From Azolla caroliniana (Eukaryota > Plantae > Polypodiophyta): a stretch of DNA of 61,287 nucleotides. Positions 12,840 through 24,119 of the stretch are shown piece after piece. Positions within the stretch are counted from its first letter, which is position 1. Each line of letters starts with the position of its first letter. The stretch is from the NCBI GenBank assembly GCA_043228905.1, contig JBHGNT010000172.1, positions 1-61,287 on the forward strand, written 5' to 3'. The position numbers were made by a program, and so were the translations under genes. The notes beneath the pieces are model-generated. The model was not told the origin of the DNA, ran no database searches, and worked only from the letters and a program-made list of their open reading frames with translations.

Positions 12840-13275
12840 TGTTGGGAATCAACGCTTCGATTCACCTTCTTCGCTCGGCCACAACCGAGTAATCGCGGAT
12901 CAATGCAACAGAAAATAGAAACCAAAGAGAGAAACACACGAGTACACAGGGATTAACGTGGAAAACCCTAGATGGGAAAAAACCACGGGAGTACAAGACT
13001 CCAAACAACACTATACAAAGAGAAGTATACAATGACGAGCTCCAAGGCGACGACCTTGAGCTCGCTGTCCTCGCCACAGGCGGCGGAAATACACAGAGGC
13101 GTCGTCCTCTTCCTCTCTCGCGCTCTATCTCTCTCTCTCTCTCACGGCTGCTCCCTCTTCACTCCTCTTGAGTGGAAAAACAGAAAAATGATCAACAGCT
13201 ACAAAACGAATTGCCCTAAGTCATATTTATACATATATGACTTTGGGGCTATTTACAACTATAGCCTCAGGGGCC

Positions 13276-13360
13276 TGTTGGAGACAAAGTCGTCTGTGCG
13301 GAAGATCAAGAAGCATTCGATTGCTGTTGAGTACCTGCGTATGATAGTTTGTAGGTCGTT

Positions 13361-13400
<40 letters not shown>

Positions 13401-13573
13401 GCACAAAAGACTTTCTTATTCCATAAAGCAATAATACAACACCCAACCTTACAAAAAGGTTACAAGGTCACTATATATAGTGACCGACTTAGGGCAACTA
13501 CCCTTTACGCTAATTACATAAATGGCCAAAACGGGATAGTGTGAATACGTCCATTATACACATGTATTCGACA
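13276..13573 (-). repeat. 3' LTR of J (298 bp, contains a GA microsatellite)
   Basis: Near-identical to 28360-28655. Confidence 0.95.
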
Positions 13574-13766
13574 CTCCCCCGTAATGGGCGTATACATGGG
13601 TTATCTAAGATTACAGGTATAGACTTAGGTTCTCGGACATATCAGCTTTGTTCGAGTCGGCAGGGTCCGAAGGCAGAAGACCGAACTGGTCGGGTCGGAA
13701 CAGTTGAAGCTGATCATTAAGGAACTGATGTCGGTTGTCGGGAACCATCTTGCTCTGTGTCCGGCT

Positions 13767-16700
13767 CTAACCGGACTGGTTTGTCGTTACGCCCATCTGA
13801 TGCCGAAGAGACCGAAAACGGTCTGCCGAAAGACACTTGGTCATTCCATCTGCGACATTGTCGGTTGTGGATATTTTCTCTAGACCGATTTTCCCTGAAA
13901 TGACGCAGTCCCGAACGAAGTGATATCGAACGTCGATATGTTTGGAGGCGTTGTGGTGAACCGGATTTTTCGACAAGGCAACAGCACCTTGACTGTCGCT
14001 GTAGACAACTGGAGCCGAGTCATGGTCGACTTGTCGAAACGTGTGCGCCAGCCGACCGAGCCACAAAGCTTCTTTTGCTGCGTCGGACGCAGCTACATAT
14101 TCTGCTTCGGTCGTTGAGGTCGCTGTGCACTCCTGAAGTTTCGACTTCCACGAGATTGCTCCATTGCCGAATTTGAAGCAGTATCCGGTTGTTGATTTCC
14201 GACTGTCTATACAGCCGGCGAAGTCCGAGTCGGTGTAACCGACTACGCCTGAGGTTCGGTTCGGACCGAAAAGAATGCCGTGGTCTTTTGTGCCAGCCAG
14301 ATATCTGAACACATGCTTGACTGCGTTCCAATGCGATCGGCCAGGATTGTGCATAAATCTGCTAACGACTCCTACGACGTGAGAAATATCAGGCCGTGTC
14401 GCGACCATCAGGTACATAAGGGAGCCGACTGCCGGTGCATACGGTACCGACTTCATATCTTCCCCCTCCGGACCGGATGTCGGGCAGTCTCGCTGAGAGA
14501 GCCGAAGATTCATGGGGAGCGGGGTTGAAGCGGATTTGGCTGATTGCATGTTGAAGCGTTCTAAGACACGTCGGGTATAGTCGGTCTGAGACAAAAAAAG
14601 ATGTCGTTTATCGCGATGCCGACTAATCTTCATGCCAAGGATGTGTCGTGCCGGACCGAGGTCCTTCATGGCAAACTTCAACCGCAGTTGCCGAATGAGA
14701 TCGGCAAGTTCGCCCGCGTGGCGTCCAGAAATTAGCATGTCGTCCACGTAAATGATGAGGAAGATGGGTGATCCATCTTGAGCTGTGTTGGTAAAGAGAC
14801 AATGGTCCTCATCGCTTTTTGAGAAGCCGATCGATTGGATGAAGTCGTCGAACTTCTTGTACCATTGTCGCGGTGCCTGTTTGAGGCCGTATAGACTCTT
14901 CCTGAGTCGGCAGACTAGATGTGCTTGGCCAGTTGCCACGAAGCCTTTTGGCTGCTCCATATAAATTTCCTCTTCAAGATCACCATGGAGGAATGCTGTT
15001 TTGACATCTAGCTGAATCAGCTCCAAGTTGTCGGCTGCCACTACGCCGAGTAGAAAACGGAGGGTTGTCATTTTCACCACTGGTGAAAAAATCTCGTCGA
15101 AGTCGACGCCATATTCTTGTCGGAAGCCCTTCGCAACTAATCTGGCCTTGTACTTTGGGGTGGTCGAATCAGACGTCTCTTTTAGTCGATAAACCCACTT
15201 GCAAGGAAGAGCACGTCGGTTCCTAGGTAATTCAACCAGATCCCAAGTCTTGTTTGCCCGAATGGAGTGCATTTCCGACTCCATCGCCAGATGCCAGGTG
15301 GCGGAATCGACAGATGTCGATGCTTCTTCGTAAGACGTCGGTTCGCCGGCGTCGGTGAAGAAAATTCCAGGAGAATACCTCTCCGGAGGTTGCGACAGTC
15401 TCTCGGATCGGCGAGGTAAGATTGGACTGGTCGCATCGGGTATCAAGGTCGGATGGTCCGAAAGCGGATTGTTCTGCTGTGCCGAGTCGGGGTGGTCCGA
15501 GTCGGTAGTGTAAGGTTCAGCTACCCGTGAAGCTGACCGTGTGTTGAGAGCGGGGCCTTCTTGAAGGGTCGGCACATCGGAAAATGTTACCCTTCGGACT
15601 TCGATCGGTTTTTCGACTGATGGATTCATAGCCGACTCGTTGAACACAACGTCCGAACTTCGAACGATTTGTCTGCGTTCGGGGTCCCAGAGTCGGTATC
15701 CCATTTCGCCGTCGGATCCATATCCGAGGAAAATGCATTTCCTGGACCGAGGTGCAAGTTTTCGGCGATCATCTTTCGGAATAAGGGCGTACGCCTCGCA
15801 TCCGAAGATCCTCAGCTTGTCGTAATTCGGCTTACTGCCGATCCATAGTTCCTGAGGAATTTGAAGTCCTAGAGGTCTACTTGGCGACATATTGATTATG
15901 TGTACTGCCGTGAGTAGAGCCTCTGCCCAGAAGCCATCCGACAGTCCGGAGTGTTGGAGCATGGAAACTGTCCGTTCTTGGATTGTCCGATTCATGCGTT
16001 CGGCAATCCCGTTTTGCTCCGGACTGTGTGGTGCCGTAAGTTCACGTCGGATGCCGCGTTGTCGGCAGAATTTGACGAATTCTTCGGATTTAAACTCTCC
16101 CCCATTGTCTGTCCGAAAGCATTTCAGCTTTCGGTCGGTTTGATTTTCTACCATAGCGAGCCAATCGGTGAAGATCGAGAAGACCCGATCTTTGGTGCGA
16201 ATTGGATAAGCCCACACCTTTCGAGTCGAATCGTCAATAAAAGTGACGAAGTAAGAGGCACCGCCGAGAGACTGATGCGGCATTGGGCCACAGACGTCCG
16301 AGTGGACCAAATCAAGAGGTCTCGTTTCTCTTGGTGCTGATGTCGGGTGTGATGCGGCTGCTTGTTTGCCATACTGGCAATGCTCGCAGAATTGATGGTC
16401 CGAGAAGGAGAGTTTGGGGATGTATCCGGCTCTAGATAGGTGCGTGATGCCGGCCTTGCTGAGGTGTCCTAATCTTCGGTGCCATAGTGATGACACAGGA
16501 ATATCCACCAAAAACAGGTTACCCTCTTTGAGCGTAACATGTAACGGATACAGGGAGTGTATCTTGGGTCCTCTAGCAAGCAGGAGGTTCCCCCTGTGGA
16601 GTGTCCACCCTCCCGAAGAAAAACCGGCACGAATGCCGTCTTCATCTAGTTGTCCGACTGAGATCAATGGCCTTGAGAGCTCGGGTACATGTCGGACATT

Positions 16701-17394
16701 GTGGAGTACAAGTGTAGAGCCACCTGCAAGGTTGAGCTCTACTGTGCCGATTCCGATGATGTCACAGTGTTGTGAGTTGCCGACTCGAACTGAGTCGGAG
16801 TGACGGATCGTATATTGCCGAAATTGGGATTGATGAGGAGTCACGTGAAATGACGCGCCCGAATCTAAGAGCCATGTGCTCGATTCTTCAGTCGTGAGTA
16901 GAACTTCTGATCCGACTGGATTTTCGATTGATAGTATATTCGGGTCGTCCGGTAGTACATCAGCTGAGAAGTTGACGTAATTGATCTCCTCATGCCGGCC
17001 ACTCTTCTTGTTGTTCTTGTTCTTGAGTGCGCGGCAATCGGCTTTGATGTGTCCGGGTTTCTTGCAATAGTTGCAGATTCGGTTATCCCGTGACTGGCTC
17101 CGTCTTCGCTGATTGTTCGGCGGCCGTGAGGAATCTCTTCCTCGTATGTTCGATCGGTCTGTCGAACCTTGTACTACGTAAGCGTCGTCTGTTGAGTCTT
17201 TGGCGAAAGACTTTCTCCGAGCTGCTTCGGTCAGGATTGCGCTCGTGACTTCGGAGTATTTAACAGCCGTGGTTGACGCGTTGCACACGGTTGTGACGAA
17301 AGTTTCCCATGATGAGGGAAGGCTGCTCATGAGTATCATTGCTCTGAGTTCATCCTCGATTGCCGTCCCCTGTGACGAGATTTGGGAGCTTATG
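13767..17394 (-). CDS. Copia J gag-pol, main part (Gag C-terminus, PR, INT, RT, RH)
   Basis: 1190-aa ORF with CNYCKKPGHIKADC, WLLDSGAS, HSDVCGP, YVDDML, YTDSD, KHIDVRYH; joins in frame to 27292-27682 when B is removed (~1337 aa). Confidence 0.96.
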
Positions 17395-17814
17395 TGTTAC
17401 CGGCCGGCAAGGAGTCCAAAATACGGAGTGAAGGAATTAATTAGATATGGTTGTAAATGAGCATAGTGTGGACGGACGGACTGGAAACGGTATGCCGTTC
17501 CAGATCCGGACGGATCCCGAATAGGTGCGAGAGGCACCGTTTTGTACTACGGGCCGGAAACCTATTTAAAGGCCCGGACCCTATTGTAATGACAGCGGAT
17601 AATTAATAGAGATTCTGATGTTTATACTTCTGTCTTGATTTCCGTTCTGTAATCACTGTTATATCTTACGCGTGTAATTAACCAAAGCAATCTAATCGTG
17701 TAACCTACGTAAGTCGGTGTAATCGTTGAATCTTAATCCTATGCCGTAATCACCCTTTGGTGAAGTGTCTCCGTGACACCTTGTGTTAGGCCTTGTCCGG
17801 CTAAGAGAATAACA
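17395..17814 (+). repeat. 5' LTR of B
   Basis: TGTTAC...TAACA; matches 26872-27291. Confidence 0.97.
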
Positions 17815-17820
17815 CAGTTT

Positions 17821-17832
17821 TGGCGACCACGA
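17821..17832 (+). promoter_or_regulatory. PBS of B (TGGCGACCACGA), tRNA-Arg(UCG)-type
   Basis: 6 nt after the LTR; complement of ...CGTGGTCGCCA. Confidence 0.8.
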
Positions 17833-17865
17833 TTCCTGCTTTCTCGCAGCGAACGACGGTAATGG

Positions 17866-20800
17866 ATGACTAGACCAACGCACGACTTGGTTACAGACCG
17901 AGCTCGACGCCTCGCCGAACGGCAAAGACGGCGTGAGACTTTCCAGCAAGCAGCGCAGGAAATTCGCTCGGATCGTTCGTTCTCCAACGAGATCCGGAGA
18001 GTCGCGGAGGAATCTCTCCGGTTACGGCAAACTCGCGACCAGGACGACGGAAGCAGTCTAAGTAGTCTCCGGGAAACCGAACGACTCCTGGAGGCGCTGG
18101 CAAGCGGAGAAAACGAGGCAGAAGCCTTTTCAGCCTACGAATCGGATTCCGAAGGGGGATACAGTGTGCACACGAACTACCGGAGCAGCAACGATACCCC
18201 CGGCGGCCCGGAAGACGACGGGTCGGATAACGTGCCGACTCCAGAACCGGAACCGCTCAACCAGGGCTATCCGGAACCGCAAACGGAAGCCGTCAACCCA
18301 CCAACACCGGAAGTGGAAGAAGCAAAGCCACCAACACCAACGAAAGAGCCGGCAAAGGTACCGGAAGAAGAGCCGGAAAAAGAACCGGAAAAAGGACCAG
18401 CAGAAGAACCGGAAGTGGAACCGGAGAAAGAACCGGAAAAATATCAACAAACGCCACTAAACCGCGGCTTAATACTGGACGACGACATGCCGTTCCAATA
18501 CTCAAAGTACCGCGATGATCCGGATGCGGAAGCGCATGTGGATGACTTCGAGCAGACATGGGAAGCAAATCACACGTCCCAGCGAATGACACCGGAGGAA
18601 GAAGAACGCTCGAAGATAGCGGAATTCGGAGTCACGTTGGAGGGACCAGCGACACGATGGCGGCGGTCGCAGGACCCGGCGACCATCACAACATTTGCAG
18701 AATTAAAAGCAAAATTCTTGCATTTTTTCCACAAGGAGGTCGACCAGACGACAATGGTGGGCTTGTTTTATACGATCCGGCAGGAGGCAGGGGAAAGCAT
18801 TCCCCAATTCGTCATCCGTTTCCAACGAATGCATAGCCAGCTTGCCCGTGCACCCCCGGAGGAGGAATTACGGACGATATTTTTAAACGCACTCCGGGAA
18901 CCATTACGCACGGTGTGTACGGTGATCGACTTTCGAGGATGCACCATCGATCAGGTCATTGACCGGGTCAGAGAAATGGAAAAGACAAGCTCATGGCTTA
19001 CGCTGGGAACACTGCAACGGGCGTTACCCACCGAGGAAGATCTCCAGTTCCGGCAGGCAATTCAATGCACAATCTGCTTGAATGCCGGACACTCGGCAGT
19101 AGAGTGCACCATGCGCACTCAGTGTGTGATTTGTCAATCCAAGAGTCATACAACGGACCGGTGCGAGTATAACCTGTTAAACCGACAAGCACCACCCGTC
19201 CGACGAATCGAGCCAAGAAGCAGCCAAGACGAAGATGAAGATCGTTGGCAAAAAATGAACCGGTACCGACCAGCACAGGATGTCCGGTACGGAGACAGGC
19301 AAGAGAATGATGGCCGGTACGGGAATCGGCGTGATAACTACGACCGGTATGAGCGATCGGACCGTTATCGAGAGCCCAACAGGCGACACGAGCAATACGA
19401 CAGAGACCATTCCCCTGGTTACCGAAGGCACCAGGAGGACTACGGCCGATTTTACGATCCACCACGACCGGACTACCGAAATAAACATAAGAATAATAAG
19501 AAACGTAATTTCAAGAAAGGTGGTCACCCTAGGGACCCGGAACATGGAACCCCAAGGAGCCAACCGGCACAGAACGCACCACTCGCTACGGGACCGACTC
19601 CGGCTACCAGCAATGCTGAATCTAGCAATACCCGTAAAGAGTACTGCTACTACTGCAGGCAGGAAGGCCACTACAGTAACCAGTGCCCGGTAAAGAGCTA
19701 CGAGAAACGACCAGCAGTTAATATGGTGGTTCCGGAAGTGGCGGATTTACAGCAAGTAACCACACGGTCGAAAGGCATGGCCAAAGAATGGGAAACACAA
19801 GAGGCCATACGAAAACAGGCGACGGAATGGGTGAAGGAAGCCAATGAAAGAAACGTCGCGGACGCGGAACGGCAAAAGGCGAAGACCATAGGGAGTGCCG
19901 GCGGTAGCCACCCAGAAAACGAGACATGGCAAGCACTACAAGAATGTCAGATCACGTTACCATTAGGAAGACTCTTGCAGCTCGTGCCGCGATTCACAGA
20001 AGGACTAAAAACGGTCATGACAGACGGTATAGCTCCACCGGCACCAGTCCTTTTCTCGAATCCGGAGGAGGGACCGACGGTGGTGGACACTAGTAGTCCG
20101 GTGATCACAGCTATTGTCAAAGGGCACGAACTTCCCGGCACAGTAATCGATGGAGGTTCCGGAGTTAACGTAATAAGCCTTCGCACGTGTGATGCCTTGG
20201 GTATACATGAATGGGAGCCATGTCCGTTCTGGCTACGGATGGCGGATACGAGCTCTGTACGGCCGACGGGCTTAATACGGAAATTGGAAGTCACCATAGG
20301 AGGCCACACATTTCACATCTCGGCTGTAGTGCTGCAGCTACAGGCGCAAGGCGCGTATCCACTGCTGCTGGGCAGACCATGGTTGAAAACGGCACACATC
20401 AAGCAAAATTGGCGAAAAAATATGATTACCTTCCGGCGCGGAAAAGCCAAGGTCCGGGTACCGACACAACCACGGACGAGCAACGGTAAGGAATGCACAC
20501 CGCTGTATGCGGAATGCGTGAACATGCTTGAAGGGTTGGCAGACGACGAAGAAGCCCAGTACTTGGAGGAACATCCGAAGATCGTACCACTCTTCGAGAT
20601 TGACGTAGCTGAAGCCGTAGCCGCATACTTGCCGCAGCGGGACGACACCGAAGCCGAACCAGACAAAGATGCGATTCGGGAATTACGGCAAGCACAGGAA
20701 GCGTTGGAACGGGAAATGGCCGTTTCCCAACGGGTAAAAGCATCCCAGCTCGACGAAGTGAACCTAGGAAGCAAAGACGAATCAAAGCCGGTACACATCG

Positions 20801-23730
20801 CCAAAGAAATGAAGCCGGAAGATAAAGCGGCGATGATCAAACTTCTCACGGAGTTTCGCGACGTATTCGCCTGGTCATACGAAGACATGCGAGGGCTGGA
20901 CCCTCAATTATATCAGCATCAGATCCACTTAGGCAAGGACGCGAAACCAGTGGCGCAACGACGATACCGAATGAACCCCAACTACGCCGCCAAAGTAAAA
21001 GAGGAAATCGACAAACTCCTAAGAGTGGGCTTCATCCGGCCGGTAAAGAAAGCGACGTGGCTGAGCCCCATCGTCGTCGTCCCCAAGAAGAACGGAAAAA
21101 TCCGTGTGTGTGTTGATTACAGGAAACTAAATGCCGCCACAATTACGGATGCATTCCCTCTTCCGTTCACGGACGGAGTACTGGATGCCGTCGCCGGTCA
21201 TGAAGTTTATAGCTTTTTAGACGGGTTCAGCGGGTACAATCAAATCCGGATGCACCCGGACAACCAGGAAAAGACAGGGTTCGTCACCGAATGGGGGGTG
21301 TTTGTGGCCGAAGTCATGATGTTCGGCCTAAAAACGGCACCAGCAACGTTCCAGCGAATCATCATGGAGATCTTCGGCGAATACATTCCTGCCTTCATGC
21401 AAGTTTTCCTGGATGATTTTGCAGTTTATAGCCGGGGAAAAGACCATTTGCAGCACCTACGGTTATGCCTTGAAAAGTGTAGGTTATACCGGCTAAGCTT
21501 AAACCCAGCAAAATGCATCTTTGGGGTTTCAAGTGGAATATTGCTGGGACACATCGTAAGTAAGGAGGGCATTGCGGTCGACCCGGACAAAGTAAACGCC
21601 ATACTAGGGGCACCGGCGCCGAAAACGGCCAAAGCACTAAGCCGATTCTTAGGACAAATCCGGTGGCACAGCCGGATGCTCCGTCACTTGGCGGACTTGG
21701 CGACACCATTACACACCGCGGTACATCGGACACCGTTCCAATGGACGGAGACGGAGGATAAGGCATGCAATGCCCTGAAGGTACTTTTGTCGCAAGCACC
21801 TGTCGTGCAGCCTCCGGATTGGAGCAAGGAATTTCACGTGTTCGTGGACGCGTCCGACATCGCTATTGGCAGCGCCTTAATGCAACTTACGGAGCCTAAA
21901 TGGTACCGGCCGGTATATTACGCCAGCCGGAAACTATCCCAAGCGGAGAAGAACTATTCCACGACGGAACGGGAGGCCCTGGGCATGATCTACAGTGTAA
22001 CAAAGTTTCGTCACTACCTATTGGGAAGGAAGTTCTCCTTCCATGTGGATCACTCGGCGCTCCTCTACTTAGTTTCCAAGGCGTCCCTGACCGGTAAGTT
22101 GGCCCGTTGGACCTTGCTGTTGCAGGAGTTCGAATTCGAGATTTTCCACCGGCCCGGTATCCAGCATGTCGTAGCAGACTATCTAAGCCGGTTAGAGTCC
22201 GGAGAACCAGGCGACGGAGTAGCGGATGAAATCCCGGACGCGGAGTTATTCCGTATCACCCCGGAAACGGCAGCGGACGACACGGTGGCATCAGAAGATA
22301 AATGGCTGACAAACATGCACCAGTTCCTAAGCACGGGCCTGCCACCGGAAGAAATGAACCGGGATGAGAGGAAACGACTAGCGGTGCAGAGCCGCAATTT
22401 CTGTCTGTTACGGGACACTCTCTACCACAAAGGAGCAGATGGAATATGGCGACGGGCAGTCCGTAGTGACGAGAAAGAAGTAATCTTACGGGAAGCACAC
22501 TGTGGGGTTGCCGGAGGACACTATGCCGGGGAAGCGACGGCGAGGAAAGTATGGCAGAGCGGCTTATGGTGGCCCACGACGTTAAAAGACGCCGTCAAGT
22601 ATGCTAAGGAATGTGACCTATGCCAATGAATGGGCCAGCCTACGGAGCAAGCACGGATGCCACACCAACCGGTACTTCCACTAGAGCCATTCCAGAAGTG
22701 GGGGTTGGATTTTGTCGGACCGTTCAAGCCACCGGCAATGAGAACGGGTAATCGTTATGTCATCGTGGCAACGGATTATTGCACTAAATGGGTGGAAGCA
22801 AAGGCCCTGAGAGACAACACCGCGTCATCCACAACAAAATTCCTGTACGAAAACATTTGGTGCCGATATGGATGTCCGATTGAATTAATCAGCGACCAAG
22901 GAGGCCACTTCCTCGGTCAGGTAGTGGAAAGCTTAACAACGTTCTATGCCGTGGTCCATAAAAGAAGCACACCGTACTACCCACAGGCGAACGGGTTAGC
23001 AGAGTCCACCAACAAAACGCTGCAGAACATTCTCCGCAAAATTGTCAATGAAAACCGGACGGACTGGGACACAAAGCTCCATAGTGCGCTATGGGCGTAC
23101 AGAACGGCATACAAAACGAGTATCCGGACAACGCCGTTCCGGTTAGCATTCGGCTTAGAAGCGGTCATGCCGGTCGAGTTTCAGGTACCAAGCTTACGGA
23201 TCCAACTACGAGAACGGCTGAATGAAAAGAAGTCGGAGGAAATATGGCTAGCAGCACTATGCGAACTGGAGGAGCAACGGCTGGCCAGCATCCTCCACAT
23301 GGAGCTGGAGCAACGACGACGGAAAGCGTTTGTTGACCGTCACCAGAAAGGTAACGAAAAGATGTTCGAAATCGGGAAGCCGGTTCTAGTATTCCAAACG
23401 AGGATGGGCAAAATGCCGGGTAAACTCCGGTTCAGATGGACAGGCCCGTATTGGCTGACACGGGAATACAACGGGTCCTATCAGATAGGGACACTTGCCG
23501 GGGAAGTACTAGGCAAGTGGGTGAATGGATTTCGACTAAAGCCCTATAAAGGACCGATGCCAAAGAACCCGTTTATGCAGCTCACCGGCACTACACCAGG
23601 AACCTGTCCGGGATCGGTACGGATCGATCCGGAAGAAAAAGACGACGGGGAACCCGTAGTAAATACGAAGGAAGACACGGCAACCCGTAAGGAAAACGGT
23701 CAGGGTCCGAAGGGACTTACGGATGTGTAA
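17866..23730 (+). CDS. Gag-pol of B in a single frame, with one nonsense codon at 22627-22629
   Basis: In-frame ORFs of 1587 and 366 aa; PR IDGGSG, RT FLDD, RH, HHCC and DDE integrase, GPY; no chromodomain and no additional RNase H seen. Confidence 0.95.
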
Positions 23731-24119
23731 GGTCAAACACCGTCATTAAAAATTAAAAAAAAAAAGAAAAAAAAAAGAAAAAAAAAAGAAAATCATTAAA
23801 AATCGAGGTATGAACGGGTGTGAAAGGGAGGCGCGAAAAGGTACGTAGTGGGCATTTAAGAGACGCCACGCTACTTAATACTAAATTGGTACACGACGTG
23901 TGCATGCTCGAAAAAGGCGCCAAAACGCACAAAGAAGAAGCAGAACGCATGGAGACCTTTTCATTTCGCGAGCCAAGAAGCACAGAAGCACCAAGACAGT
24001 GGAAGCTGAGCAAACGCGAACCTGCACGCAGAGAACCCCCGCGCTCAGAACGCTCTCTCTCTCGCTCTCACTCTCATCACCACTCTACCTCGCCATCTTC
24101 CCTCAACCTTGAAGCAGAC

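Noticed and set aside
17395-17814. Hammerhead ribozyme in the LTR (retrozyme-like)
   Set aside because: No CUGANGA...GAAA core was seen.
22627-22629. Programmed stop-codon readthrough before the integrase core of B
   Set aside because: A has an Arg codon here (CQRMGQ), so this is a simple nonsense mutation.
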